A stretch of DNA of 64,000 bases from contig CBDHHL010000032.1 of the NCBI GenBank assembly GCA_965263355.1, positions 1,792,001-1,856,000 on the forward strand, given 5' to 3'. Every line of letters starts with the position of its first letter. The stretch's first letter is position 1. The notes under the pieces were generated by a model. The model made no database searches. It was not told where the DNA came from and saw only the letters and a program-made list of their open reading frames with translations. This stretch comes from Leptolyngbyaceae cyanobacterium (GTDB lineage Bacteria > Cyanobacteriota > Cyanobacteriia > Phormidesmidales > Phormidesmidaceae). This document shows positions 11,331 to 21,739 of this stretch, piece by piece. A program made the position numbers and the translations under genes.

Positions 11331-11591
11331 ATGCAGGGACTAAGAAAGGTCAGTGAGACTATTTATCGAGGCATCACAGCTATTGCCATGACTGCTGCCC
11401 TCGCTACTATCTACGCTGCGACAGCGACAGATGGCCAGGTGACTAGTGGTGATGTCTTAATAAAACAGATACAGGTTGTTTTAAGGCTTCATCAAACTGA
11501 TGGGGAAATTACCCAGGGCATTCAAGACTCTCAGGAGAGTTTAGCAACGCTTTTACTGAGTTCCCAGGGCAATGAGTACAGCCATCAGTGA
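11331..11591 (+). CDS. Small hypothetical protein with hydrophobic N-terminal segment
   Basis: ATG start in an otherwise empty intergenic space; signal-like stretch ITAIAMTAALATIYAATA. Confidence 0.45.
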   Translation: MQGLRKVSETIYRGITAIAMTAALATIYAATATDGQVTSGDVLIKQIQVVLRLHQTDGEITQGIQDSQESLATLLLSSQGNEYSHQ

Positions 11592-11677
11592 ACAATTTTG
11601 GTTAATATTTGTTGCAGTTGATTTGTCTTACGTTAGACTTAAGCATTTTCCATAACTGTGTCCCGTAAGATAGAGAC

Positions 11678-12973
11678 ATGGCTAACTCTCTACTTACTGA
11701 TGCCAGCCGTCGCCTTGATCGTGCGCTTAAGTACGTCACTATTTCTGACGATGCGGCAGAGCGTCTAAAGGCACCGAAGGCAAGTTTAAAGGTCTCCATT
11801 CCTGTGCGGATGGATGATGGTTCCCTCAGGGTTTTTGAAGGGTACCGGGTTCATTTTGATGATACTCGTGGCCCCACTAAGGGGGGCATTCGCTTTCATC
11901 CCCAGGTGAGTTTAGATGAGGTGCAGTCCTTAGCATTTTGGATGACGTTTAAGTGCGCGGCGCTAAATATACCATTTGGTGGCGCAAAGGGAGGGGTGAC
12001 GCTAAACCCCAAAGAACTCTCTAAGGCAGAATTGGAGCGTTTAAGTCGTGGGTATATTGATGCGATCGCAAATTTTATTGGCCCCGACACCGATATTCCA
12101 GCCCCTGACGTTTATACCAACCCTATGATTATGGGCTGGATGATGGACCAGTACAGTATCATCCGTCAGCAGCGCAGCCCAGCGGTAATTACCGGTAAAC
12201 CCGTGGCCTTAGGCGGTAGCTTAGGCCGATCCACCGCCACAGGTACCGGGGCATTTTATGTGCTTGAAGCCATTATGGCCCAGTTGTCAGAGACCCAAAA
12301 ATCAACCCCAAAAACGGTGGCAATTCAAGGGTTTGGCAATGCTGGTGCAGTCGTTGCCCGTCATCTCTTTGATGCCGGGTACACCATTGTTGCTGTCAGC
12401 GATTCTCGCGGCGGTATTTATACCCCTAACGGGTTAGATATTCCCAGTGTTCAGAAATTTAAGGCCGACACCCGTTCTGTCAAAGCCGTTTACTGTGACG
12501 ATAGTGTCTGCAGCCTGGTCGACCATAAGGTGATTACAAATGAAGAACTGCTCAGTCTGGATGTGGATATCCTGATCCCGGCCGCCTTGGAAAATCAGAT
12601 TACCGCTGACAATGCCAATAGTATTAAGGCTCGCTACATTTTTGAAGTCGCCAATGGGCCGATCAGTGCTGATGCCGACGACATTTTAGACGCCAATGGT
12701 ATTACGGTATTTCCCGACATTTTAGTCAATGCGGGTGGGGTAACGGTGAGCTACTTTGAATGGGTGCAAAACCGCAGCGGGCTTTATTGGTCCCTTGAAG
12801 AAGTGAATCAGCGGCTGAAGCAACAAATCGTCACCGCTGCTAATACAATTTGGCAACTTGCCCAAACCCATCAAACATCCGTGCGGACTGCTGCCTATAT
12901 CCATGCCCTAAGGAGCCTGGGCGAGGCGATGGATGCGCGGGGTACCAGGGCAGATTACGTCGAAAAAAAATAG
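11678..12973 (+). CDS. gdhA: Glutamate dehydrogenase (Glu/Leu/Phe/Val family)
   Basis: GPTKGGIRF, GGAKGG, PAPDV, GFGNAG, NAGGVTVSYFEW motifs. Confidence 0.95.
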   Translation: MANSLLTDASRRLDRALKYVTISDDAAERLKAPKASLKVSIPVRMDDGSLRVFEGYRVHFDDTRGPTKGGIRFHPQVSLDEVQSLAFWMTFKCAALNIPFGGAKGGVTLNPKELSKAELERLSRGYIDAIANFIGPDTDIPAPDVYTNPMIMGWMMDQYSIIRQQRSPAVITGKPVALGGSLGRSTATGTGAFYVLEAIMAQLSETQKSTPKTVAIQGFGNAGAVVARHLFDAGYTIVAVSDSRGGIYTPNGLDIPSVQKFKADTRSVKAVYCDDSVCSLVDHKVITNEELLSLDVDILIPAALENQITADNANSIKARYIFEVANGPISADADDILDANGITVFPDILVNAGGVTVSYFEWVQNRSGLYWSLEEVNQRLKQQIVTAANTIWQLAQTHQTSVRTAAYIHALRSLGEAMDARGTRADYVEKK

Positions 12974-12997
12974 ATAATTCATATAGGCGTATCCCAG

Positions 12998-13029
12998 AGG
13001 TAGGGGCGTTCCATGGAACGCCCCTACCT
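12998..13029. repeat. Perfect 32-bp palindrome, GTAG-type REP element
   Basis: AGGTAGGGGCGTTCCA|TGGAACGCCCCTACCT. Confidence 0.8.
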
Positions 13030-13091
13030 GAACCTCCCTACATTTATGAATGCGAAGGGGTAGAATTGCAAAGCACATTATTGGGCTTGTA

Positions 13092-13649
13092 ATGACCGCT
13101 GAAAAATCCTCTGTTGGAGCCTCGCTGAAAAATTTGGTTCAATCCAATGCCAAACTGGTGGCCATCGCCGTGGTCATTGCTGTGGTCATTCGGCTATTTA
13201 TTGCAGAGCCTCGATTTATTCCATCAAATTCGATGGATCCCACCTTACACATCGGTGATCGATTACTGATTGAAAAACTGTCCTATCGCTTCCATCCTCC
13301 TCACCATGGCGATATTGTGGTGTTCGAGCCTCCCCCACAACTGCAAGCGATTGGCTATCGTCCGGAGCAAGCCTTTATTAAACGAGTTATTGGGTTACCT
13401 GGAGACACTTTAACCGTCCATGACGGTCAGGTATATCGGAATAACCACCCCCTTACCGAGCCCTATATTTTGACCTCGCCTCGCTATGAAATGAATGTGG
13501 TAACGGTGCCTGAGAACACTCTATTTGTCATGGGTGACAATCGAAACGATAGTAACGACAGCCATATCTGGGGTTTTTTGCCGATGAAAAATGTCATTGG
13601 CCATGCAACTGTAAGGTTTTGGCCCCCGGATGACTTGGGTATGGTTTGA
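13092..13649 (+). CDS. lepB: Signal peptidase I
   Basis: SNSMDPTL (catalytic Ser), IKRVIGLPGD (Lys), GDNRNDSNDS. Start moved to ATG 13092. Confidence 0.95.
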   Translation: MTAEKSSVGASLKNLVQSNAKLVAIAVVIAVVIRLFIAEPRFIPSNSMDPTLHIGDRLLIEKLSYRFHPPHHGDIVVFEPPPQLQAIGYRPEQAFIKRVIGLPGDTLTVHDGQVYRNNHPLTEPYILTSPRYEMNVVTVPENTLFVMGDNRNDSNDSHIWGFLPMKNVIGHATVRFWPPDDLGMV

Positions 13650-13781
13650 AGAACTAATTAATTGATAACCTTATTTATTTTTAACGGCGGAATACCGAAC
13701 CTCTTTACCTTAAAAGCTTTGCTAGTCTAATCAAAGAGGATATTGTGACAGGATTTTGCGATCGCAACGAGGAGCTTGGCT

Positions 13782-14765
13782 ATGGCAGCAACTGACTTCA
13801 AAGATTATTACCAAATTCTCGGGGTCAGCAAATCCGCCAGTACGGACGAAATTAAACGCGCCTTTCGCAAGCTTGCTCGCAAATACCATCCCGATGTCAA
13901 CCCTGGCGATCAGGTCGCTGAAGCCAAGTTTAAGGAAATCAACGAAGCCAACGAGATCTTATCGGACCCCGAAAAGCGGCGTAAATATGATCAGTTTGGT
14001 CGTTATTGGCAACAGGGTGGTCAGGCGGGTGCTGGCGCTGCTCCTGGAGACTTTGGTGGCTTTGACTTTAGCAACTATGGCAGTTTTAATGAGTTACTCA
14101 ACGAGCTGCTTGGCGGTTTAGGCGGCGGGTTTCCTGGGGGCGCTAGAACCAGCTATCGTCAGCCCGCCGGAGGGGGTGCCCCTGGTGGATTTGGGTTTGA
14201 AACGCCGGGAGCTGCCAACAGCGCCCAGTTTGATCAAGAAGCCAGTATCACCCTGTCCATGGCTGATGCCTTTAGGGGCACTCAAAAGAAATTTCGCATT
14301 GGTGGCGATGCCCTAACGGTCAAAATTCCGGCCGGGGTTAAACCTGGCAGCAAAATCCGCTTGCGGGGAAGGGGGCAGATGAATCCCTACACCCAGCAGC
14401 GTGGCGATATTTACTTAACGGTGGATATCCAGGCCCATCCGTTTTTCCAGTTTGATGGCGACAATAATTTGGTGTGCGAGGTATTGATTTCTCCTGACGA
14501 GGCCGTCTTGGGAGCCAAGATCGATGTGCCCACACCCGATGGCAATGTTACGGTTAACATCCCAGCAGGAATTCGCTCAGGTCAAACCCTACGGTTACGG
14601 GGTAAAGGCTGGCCTAAGCCCAAAGGTGAGCACACCGATCAGTTGGTTAAGGTAATGATCAAAGCACCTAAAACAGTGACTGACAAAGAACGGGCTTTAT
14701 ATGAACAGCTACGGGACATGCGCAGTTATAACCCCCGTCAAAACCTACAAAATGTCCGGCTGTAG
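13782..14765 (+). CDS. cbpA: DnaJ class II chaperone (CbpA-like, no Zn finger)
   Basis: DYYQILGV...HPD J domain, G/F-rich region, DnaJ C-terminal domain; GAGGAG RBS. Confidence 0.85.
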   Translation: MAATDFKDYYQILGVSKSASTDEIKRAFRKLARKYHPDVNPGDQVAEAKFKEINEANEILSDPEKRRKYDQFGRYWQQGGQAGAGAAPGDFGGFDFSNYGSFNELLNELLGGLGGGFPGGARTSYRQPAGGGAPGGFGFETPGAANSAQFDQEASITLSMADAFRGTQKKFRIGGDALTVKIPAGVKPGSKIRLRGRGQMNPYTQQRGDIYLTVDIQAHPFFQFDGDNNLVCEVLISPDEAVLGAKIDVPTPDGNVTVNIPAGIRSGQTLRLRGKGWPKPKGEHTDQLVKVMIKAPKTVTDKERALYEQLRDMRSYNPRQNLQNVRL

Positions 14766-14833
14766 ACGCGTCGCAACGCACCTAATCAGTAAAGAAGCTA
14801 ATATAGTTAGAACATCCATACCAGTTTCTCCCT

Positions 14834-14995
14834 ATGGTGTTCCAGCTACGGGATAAATATATCGACCCGTTTATAGATAAAGGCAGAAATGAGGAAAAGC
14901 GACAGATTGCGCAACAAATGAAAATAGCAGGGATAGACGTTCAGAAAATTGCTCAGTTTACTGGACTGACGAATACTGAGATTGAAGGACTCTAG
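14834..14995 (+). CDS. 53-aa internally deleted Rpn-family mini-gene (Rpn N-terminus fused to Rpn C-terminal domain)
   Basis: Translates MVFQLRDKYIDPFIDKGRNEEKRQIAQQMKIAGIDVQKIAQFTGLTNTEIEGL. Both ends match the Rpn protein at 57082..58020. Below the ORF-track cutoff. Confidence 0.7.
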   Translation: MVFQLRDKYIDPFIDKGRNEEKRQIAQQMKIAGIDVQKIAQFTGLTNTEIEGL

Positions 14996-15500
14996 TGTTC
15001 TGTTCTTTTCCTTTGCTAAGTCGACGAAATATAAAAATGTAGGGTGGGCGGGCGAAGTATCTTATATCTCTAAATATTAACACCGCTTTCTTGAATAAGA
15101 GTAAAGTCTGCTACAACAGGCATAATTCTCTCCTTTATTAGATGATTGTTTTGTAAGGTTCCTTGGGTTTAGTTGGCTGACGACTCCCAAAGAATCGGTA
15201 TAGATTATTTGTAGCAAGATCGAAGCTACATCAACCTTACCCCTAGGGGTACTCTTTGGCCTGCCTTAAAATCTTGGTCTATGTCTCATCAAAAAAAATG
15301 CCGCATAACGTGGAGGTGTGCGACCGAAGACTTTCTTCATGCACTTTGTCTCTAACTTCCTGTTTTTCTTCACGAGCTTCCATATAGCAACTTTTTCATT
15401 GCGCAGTTAATGAAAGTTTCGCCCCGACGAATCACCTAATTCTGTGGGTCATCTATTGTAGGGCATAGCAAACACCTAGCCATGGTTATTTGGGTTCATT

Positions 15501-16904
15501 TCACTCATTCTCTGTAGAAATGTCTGAGCGATTGGCCAGGTCCGTCACATAGCGTTCACCGTTATACCGAAGTGTAGGTTCTACTTCGCTCGTTCTACTT
15601 TCCTTATTAGTAGTCACGTCTATCTCAGTCAGACCAGCGTCGGTAATTTCTGACTCACTGAGGTTTATCGCTTGGTCCGATTGAACTGCCTGTTCCTTAG
15701 TCTCAAGCAGCTGTTCCAGTTCCGTCGCCATCTGAATTTGCTGATTAAGTTGCTCAGCGATGGCGGTTTGGTCTTCTAAATCACCCGTAAACGACACCAA
15801 ATTAGTCAGGCTATTAAGTAACTCCCTGACATCGCTGCGCAGTTCAGGGTCCCCCGTTAAAGTATCCACATCCGCCATAATTTTTTGTGCACTTTGAAAT
15901 ACATCGCGGGCGGACTCAAGGGTCTGCTGCAATAAAACTAAATTTTCGTCAGTATTAAAGCTGGAGGTAATACCCTGTAGATCTTGGGCTGCTAATGATG
16001 CGTTACTAGCCAGCAGTTCTAAATTAGTCAGGAAGGTGCCTTCGTGAATTACTGGCGCTAATGTATCCATCGCCAGCCGCAGCTGCCCCGTGCTAGCACT
16101 AATATTATCTAGGGTGACCGCCAGATTGCCCTGATTAGTGGTCAAAATACCGTTCACCTGGGCCAATGTAACCTCTAGTTGCTCAGATGTACGTACGGTA
16201 GTCGCTTCTAACTGAGTAGCCGCTCCGGATACAGAGTCCAAGGTCTGGCGGGCCGATGCCGACAATGGCTTAATCTCAGTACGGATATCCTTGGCCATCA
16301 TGGTAACTTCATCGGTCAAGTCCACCACATTACTCAGAATTTCCTGCGTGTTGTCGAGTAAATCCCCAAGATTATCAAGGGTTTCAGGATCATCAAGGGT
16401 ATTTGAAAGGGCCTCGGAAATTCGTTGGGAGGATTCTAGAAGATCCTCGTAGTTAACACCCACTACGCCATCAATGCGATCGCCATTACACAAAATAGTA
16501 CTGCTGTCACAATTTCTTGCTGTGGGTCCAGGGATAGAGTCTTCAGACAGGATCGCATCAGTCGGCGGTTGGATCGATATGGTTGTCTCACCAATCAGTC
16601 CAGACTGACTCGTCTTAACTACAGACTCTTTAGGAATGAGTAAATCCCCTTTATCGATTTCAATTTCTACTAAAACCGTATTGGAAGCGGGTGAAATGTT
16701 CGTAATACGTCCTACCGGTACACCTCGATAGCTGACAGAAGATCCTTCTAAAATGCCACTAGCACTTTCAAAGTCTGCGAAAAAACGGTAGCTCCGTTGG
16801 CCAAAGGTAATGCCACGTAGCCACATGACTAAACCTCCAAATAGGGCCAAGCCCGCCAAAATCAGTAATCCAACAGAGCCTTCACGAATGGTTCTTGCAC
16901 GCAT
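15501..16904 (-). CDS. mlaD: MlaD/MCE family protein (Ycf22/TGD2-like)
   Basis: REGSVGL TM start, MCE domain (V.YRGVPVGRI, SGLIGET), long helical region. Confidence 0.9.
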   Translation of the reverse strand: MRARTIREGSVGLLILAGLALFGGLVMWLRGITFGQRSYRFFADFESASGILEGSSVSYRGVPVGRITNISPASNTVLVEIEIDKGDLLIPKESVVKTSQSGLIGETTISIQPPTDAILSEDSIPGPTARNCDSSTILCNGDRIDGVVGVNYEDLLESSQRISEALSNTLDDPETLDNLGDLLDNTQEILSNVVDLTDEVTMMAKDIRTEIKPLSASARQTLDSVSGAATQLEATTVRTSEQLEVTLAQVNGILTTNQGNLAVTLDNISASTGQLRLAMDTLAPVIHEGTFLTNLELLASNASLAAQDLQGITSSFNTDENLVLLQQTLESARDVFQSAQKIMADVDTLTGDPELRSDVRELLNSLTNLVSFTGDLEDQTAIAEQLNQQIQMATELEQLLETKEQAVQSDQAINLSESEITDAGLTEIDVTTNKESRTSEVEPTLRYNGERYVTDLANRSDISTENE

Positions 16905-17053
16905 GGTTTCCTATGGATTAACGGTAGATGGTACAGCCAGTCGCACACCCTGGGAGAAATTATACGGGGGGATTCCAGATATCGTCCACAGTTAGAACAG
17001 TAGTTTTACCCAAGAAAAATTTAGGCTTACTACCTAGGGATGGTCTAACTGTA

Positions 17054-17881
17054 TCAATTTGCCACCCGAATTGGCCCGTCAATGGCGGCGCTAAAAAACT
17101 GCCGCACATAGGGATTGGGCGTATGGTCAATCTGATCAACTGGCCCCATCCATTGAATGGATCCTTTGTGCAGCATCACAACCCGGTCGGCAGTACGGCG
17201 AATAGTACTGTCCTGATGGGTGACAATCAAATAAGTACTACACCCTTGATTGCCATGGATATTACGGATTAAATCTTCAATTACCGTTGAGGCAATGGGA
17301 TCTAATCCAGCAGTTGGTTCGTCGTACAGTAAAACCGTTGGCTTGTCTTGGGCCTCTTGGGGGTTAGAAATCACAGCACGGGCAAAACTAACCCGTTTAC
17401 GCATTCCCCCAGATAGCTCGGCGGGGTAGCGATCGCAAATATTGGGTAACCCCACCATTTGTAGCGCCTGCTCAGCCAGCCGACTAATTTCGGCCTCTGA
17501 CAAGTCAGAATTCTGATATAGGGAAAAGCCTACATTTTCCTGTACCGTCAACGAATCAAATAGGGCTGCCTGCTGAAATACCATGCCAATATTGACCGGA
17601 TCATCCGCATCTTCAATTAACCCCTGTCGCCGTTGGCCAGCCACAAAAACATCCCCCTGGTCAGCCGCTAGTAGCCCAGCAATGATGCGTAAAATAGTAG
17701 ACTTACCCGTACCCGATGGGCCAATCAGGGCAACGGCTTCACCTGGCTGAACCGTTAAATCAACATTATTTAGGACCTGATTGCTACCAAATCGTTTAGA
17801 GATACCCTTGAGTTGAAGAATTGGGGAGGCATCATCACAGGGAGATGGGGGAACAATTCCATTTGATTCAGAGACAGACAT
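17054..17881 (-). CDS. mlaF: MlaF/TGD3-like ABC transporter ATP-binding protein
   Basis: GPSGTGKS, FQQAALFDS, LSGGMRKRV, YDEPTAGLDP; adjacent to mlaD. Confidence 0.9.
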   Translation of the reverse strand: MSVSESNGIVPPSPCDDASPILQLKGISKRFGSNQVLNNVDLTVQPGEAVALIGPSGTGKSTILRIIAGLLAADQGDVFVAGQRRQGLIEDADDPVNIGMVFQQAALFDSLTVQENVGFSLYQNSDLSEAEISRLAEQALQMVGLPNICDRYPAELSGGMRKRVSFARAVISNPQEAQDKPTVLLYDEPTAGLDPIASTVIEDLIRNIHGNQGCSTYLIVTHQDSTIRRTADRVVMLHKGSIQWMGPVDQIDHTPNPYVRQFFSAAIDGPIRVAN

Positions 17882-17969
17882 GGCGGCAGTTGCTATAACT
17901 CGCTAACGAGCTGGGGACAGCTTATGACAAGATAACCCATGGTTATAAAAAGGGCGTGAGAGATTGACT

Positions 17970-19346
17970 ATGCTCTTGTGGATCGGTTCACTCAGAAAGT
18001 TTCTACAGCGTAATATCCGTTTTGTTTGGCACGAAACAAAGGATTTAACCCCGGTCCACAACCGTTGGGTGCGCTGGCTTTTACCAGGTCTATTGGTCAA
18101 ACGTTGGCTGTTTTTAAGTACCGTTGGGGTGCTGATGGTTGGCCTGGGGGCCATGATTTGGCTAAAACTCACCCCCGTTTTTTTTACAGTCCGATTTGTA
18201 TCGACGGTACTACGGACAATTACACAACTTATTCCCCGTTACATTAGCGGTCCCCTGGCGATTTTATTTGGTTTATCCCTGATTATTTGGGGCCAAAGTC
18301 GCACCCTCGGCTCAATTACGGAAGTTTTACTACCGGGCAGTCAGGAAAACAGCCTGTGGGATGCCATTGCCACTCACCGCAAACTCAATCGCGGCCCCAA
18401 AATTGTGGTGGTAGGCGGGGGCACAGGGCTTTCTACCATGTTGCGCGGGTTAAAACGCTATAGCGCTAATATCACTGCGATTGTGACGGTGGCAGACGAT
18501 GGTGGTTCATCCGGTCGCCTACGACGGGAAATGGGCGGGTTACCGCCAGGGGATATTCGTAACTGTCTGGCAGCGCTAGCGGATCAAGAAAAGCTGGTGA
18601 CTGAATTATTTCAGTATCGATTTAGTAGCGGTAGCGGTCTCAGCGGTCACAGCTTTGGCAATTTGTTTTTGGCAGCGATGAATGAGGTGACTGGCGATTG
18701 GGAAAAAGCCATTGCCGCTAGTTCTCAGGTATTGGCCGTACGCGGTGAAGTCCTGCCCTCCACCCTGAGCGATGTCAAACTTTGGGCAGACCTGAGCGAT
18801 GGCCGCCGAATTGAAGGGGAGTCAAATATTACCAAGGCGCGGGGACGCATTATCAATATTGGTTGCACACCAGCGGCGCCCCCAGCGTTGCCTAAAGCCC
18901 TTGCTGCGATTAAGGAGGCCAACTACATCATTATGGGTCCTGGTAGCCTCTACACCAGCATTGTGCCCAATTTGCTAGTGCCCGATATTGCTGCTGCGAT
19001 CGCAGCGGCCCCTGTCCCCCGTATCTACGTATGTAACATCATGACGGAACCGGGTGAGACAGATAACTACAGTGTCTCTGAGCACATTCATGCCATTGAC
19101 CGGGCCTGTGGTCAGCGTTTATTTGATGCCGTTCTAGTTCAAAAACGGTCACCCTCTGCGGCGGCATTAGAACGCTATCGCAAAGAAGGGGCAGAGCGGG
19201 TGACCTTTGATCGGGATGCGGTGATCTCTTCGGGACGACGAATTGTCATCGCTAACGTCATGCACGAAACTGACAAAGGCACTATTCGCCATGATCCACC
19301 CAAACTAGCCAAGGTCCTGATGCGCTGGCACGCCAGGGTGTATTAA
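17970..19346 (+). CDS. yvcK: YvcK/UPF0052 family protein (gluconeogenesis factor) with N-terminal membrane segment
   Basis: [38 protein letters not shown] motifs. Confidence 0.92.
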   Translation: MLLWIGSLRKFLQRNIRFVWHETKDLTPVHNRWVRWLLPGLLVKRWLFLSTVGVLMVGLGAMIWLKLTPVFFTVRFVSTVLRTITQLIPRYISGPLAILFGLSLIIWGQSRTLGSITEVLLPGSQENSLWDAIATHRKLNRGPKIVVVGGGTGLSTMLRGLKRYSANITAIVTVADDGGSSGRLRREMGGLPPGDIRNCLAALADQEKLVTELFQYRFSSGSGLSGHSFGNLFLAAMNEVTGDWEKAIAASSQVLAVRGEVLPSTLSDVKLWADLSDGRRIEGESNITKARGRIINIGCTPAAPPALPKALAAIKEANYIIMGPGSLYTSIVPNLLVPDIAAAIAAAPVPRIYVCNIMTEPGETDNYSVSEHIHAIDRACGQRLFDAVLVQKRSPSAAALERYRKEGAERVTFDRDAVISSGRRIVIANVMHETDKGTIRHDPPKLAKVLMRWHARVY

Positions 19347-19399
19347 CCCCGTGGGAACGCGTCCCCTACGGAGTGGGATGGGTGTATGTGGATAATCGA

Positions 19400-19645
19400 T
19401 TACCCCTTCGCAAAAAAACGTCTGGATACCCAGCTAATTAAACCGCTGGCGATGGCCCCTGCCATCAAAATGCCAATAGAGGGCGTAAACACTGGCTCCC
19501 AAAGGCGATACCAAAGATCAAATCCAAGGTTAATATCGGCAGCCCTGCCTAATAAAGCCAACACAAACCAAACAAAACTAAATAGAACAAAGAAAAGATT
19601 GATCGTCAGAGCGGTGTTTAGCCAGTTGATTAAACGGTCTTTCAT
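19400..19645 (-). CDS. Small conserved cyanobacterial membrane protein
   Basis: Two hydrophobic segments around 'LWYRLWEPVFTPSIGILM'. Confidence 0.75.
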   Translation of the reverse strand: MKDRLINWLNTALTINLFFVLFSFVWFVLALLGRAADINLGFDLWYRLWEPVFTPSIGILMAGAIASGLISWVSRRFFAKG

Positions 19646-19771
19646 ACCAGCAATAAAGAATGGTTAGCGGTCAGGCACAGGATGATTATCCTCAAATTAG
19701 TATCCCGAACCCAGGTGCTTAATCAACTGAAACACCACTCACCATTAACCATCTCCCGCTTTACCCTCAGA

Positions 19772-19935
19772 GCTTGCACCTGATCATGCTAATCCGCCTT
19801 GGCCTCAAAGTTTCAAGGCTAACCCGCTAAACGGTTCAAAGGAGCGGTAAAAGCTAGATATATAGAGCTTCATGACTAACCTTGCTGCTTTAGCCACAGC
19901 CCTCAATTGGCGTTGGGTTTGAACCCAGCGTGAGT
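19772..19935. repeat. Dispersed repeat family C, inverted copy
   Basis: Contains TTGCACCTG, CAAGGCTAA and GGCGTTGGGTTTGAACCCAGCGTGAG, the reverse complements of motifs at 48640..48826 and 58075..58345. Confidence 0.55.
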
Positions 19936-20127
19936 TTTTACTTAGAAATATTAAATAATGAGCCGTCTTAACAATAGGTAACAATCCAATAGAGATAATC
20001 TAAATTACCTGAGAAACATCTTAAAAATCGAGTATTTCTAACAAAATATTGATGGTTAGAAACGAGATCAGATACTTATTTAATCTCGAGAAAGCCCGCA
20101 ATAAATCCAGAAAATTCACAAAAAAAT

Positions 20128-20153
20128 ATGGTTAGCCCGTCAAGGGTAACCAT
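20128..20153 (-). terminator. Probable intrinsic terminator
   Basis: Hairpin ATGGTTAGCCC-gtcaa-GGGTAACCAT with an upstream A-run (U-tail on the minus strand), after the 20209..20403 gene. Confidence 0.5.
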
Positions 20154-20208
20154 ACTGTAGAAGCTGAGTTTTACCGACTGAAAACCACAAGGGATGGGGT
20201 TGAAACCC

Positions 20209-20403
20209 CTACACAGCATCAATATCTAATCCTTGAGATGCCTTTAGATTGTCAGGATCAACATAGTGGCAAACAGATTCATCGATACAAATCAAAGCCC
20301 AGCCAGACTTTTCAATACCCATCAATTCATAGGGTCCATCCTGAACAAAAAACCCTTTATGATTCCTTGTTTCAGGTTTGACTTCTACAGCATGCTTATC
20401 CAT
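20209..20403 (-). CDS. Small hypothetical protein
   Basis: AAGGAG RBS before ATG, followed by a terminator-like hairpin. Confidence 0.7.
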   Translation of the reverse strand: MDKHAVEVKPETRNHKGFFVQDGPYELMGIEKSGWALICIDESVCHYVDPDNLKASQGLDIDAV

Positions 20404-20718
20404 TTTTTAAGGCTCCTTGCAACGGGGTGAGATCCAATAAAAGGAAAACTTATCGGAATCTTTTCTTAAGCTTATCAGTTCCTTTTTATTCCGAGCGTTA
20501 AGTTATCTGATCCAGAAAAGCAGCTAAAAAAACGCGGGGATCATTGCCCCGCAACCCTTACAAAAAGCTAAGGAAAGCTATTTTTCAGTGATGGTAAAGA
20601 CACGGTTAACAAACCGTTTACTCAGGATTGTTTACAAAAAACAATGAATATTCGTAAACCACCTAACCTTACAGTCGAAGTGGAGCTTGAAGGCTGAAGT
20701 GCTCTCAGCATAAGGGTT

Positions 20719-21141
20719 TCAATTGTTGAAAATCCAGTTTTTAACCTTTTTCAGGCTTTCCCAATCGGGTTTTCTAGTTAATCCTTCTTCAAAATTCCGT
20801 CGAATGTCCGCTTGAATGTCCTCAACAGACATCACCAGCTGACTAGCGAGTTCCACATGCTCACGCACACCTTTGCGATCGCTATCAAGAATTGCGATCG
20901 CAATATTAATATGGGCCTGAGGATCCTGAGGTGTCAGTTTAATCGCTTTCTGGGCTGCCTTATAAGCGGCGTTAGGTTTATCTACCAAGAGATAGAGCCA
21001 CGACAGGCAAGTATAAATAGCACTATTCTTAGGGGCCTGAGCGCTTAATTCCTTAAATATAGGAATCAGGGTATCAACGCTTTCACCAGCCTGATAGCGC
21101 TCTAGTGCCGCTTCAAACTGTTCATCAATAGTAGGGCTCAT
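20719..21141 (-). CDS. TPR-repeat protein
   Basis: TPR-like helices (AYKAAQKAIKLTPQDPQAHIN); cotranscribed position behind iscA. Confidence 0.8.
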   Translation of the reverse strand: MSPTIDEQFEAALERYQAGESVDTLIPIFKELSAQAPKNSAIYTCLSWLYLLVDKPNAAYKAAQKAIKLTPQDPQAHINIAIAILDSDRKGVREHVELASQLVMSVEDIQADIRRNFEEGLTRKPDWESLKKVKNWIFNN

Positions 21142-21181
21142 ATGGGGAAAGTCTTGGTCAAAAACTTTCCCATTCTAAACC

Positions 21182-21535
21182 TTAGGCGCTAAAGGATTTA
21201 CCACAGCCGCAGGTTTGATCCGCATTGGGATTAGTAAATTGAAATCCACCGCCAATTAAGGCGTCGCTGTAGTCGAGAACGAGGCCATAGAGGTAGAGCA
21301 TACTCTTCTTGTCACAGATCACCTTGAATCCTTCATAATCGAACACTTCGTCATGTTCGCCAATGTTGCCAAAGGTTTCAAAGTCCATCATGTAGGACAT
21401 GCCAGAGCAGCCTCCCTGACGGACGCCTACCCGCAAACATAGATCGGAACCTTGTTTTTCTTTCAGGGCGAGGACATGGGTTAGGGCCGCTTCAGTCATC
21501 ATGATGCCCTGTTTCGGTTGCGTAGCTTGGGTCAT
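21182..21535 (-). CDS. iscA: A-type Fe-S cluster assembly accessory protein (IscA/HesB)
   Basis: GGCSGMSY and NPNA..CGCGKSF motifs. Confidence 0.93.
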   Translation of the reverse strand: MTQATQPKQGIMMTEAALTHVLALKEKQGSDLCLRVGVRQGGCSGMSYMMDFETFGNIGEHDEVFDYEGFKVICDKKSMLYLYGLVLDYSDALIGGGFQFTNPNADQTCGCGKSFSA

Positions 21536-21739
21536 GGGTCGTCTGCTTGTTTAGATTACTGACATTTGTTAGCGCTTAGTTTAGTGTAGCTTAGCCATTG
21601 GTGAGGAACGTTTCTAGCTTCAATGATTGTGATTGACTATAGCCATGGTGTGTCTCTGCGATAGTTGAACAAATCTATCGGGGCATAGCCAATGGTTTGA
21701 TTCTTCTTCACAATAGAAGCTGTTCATACAGCCGTATTT

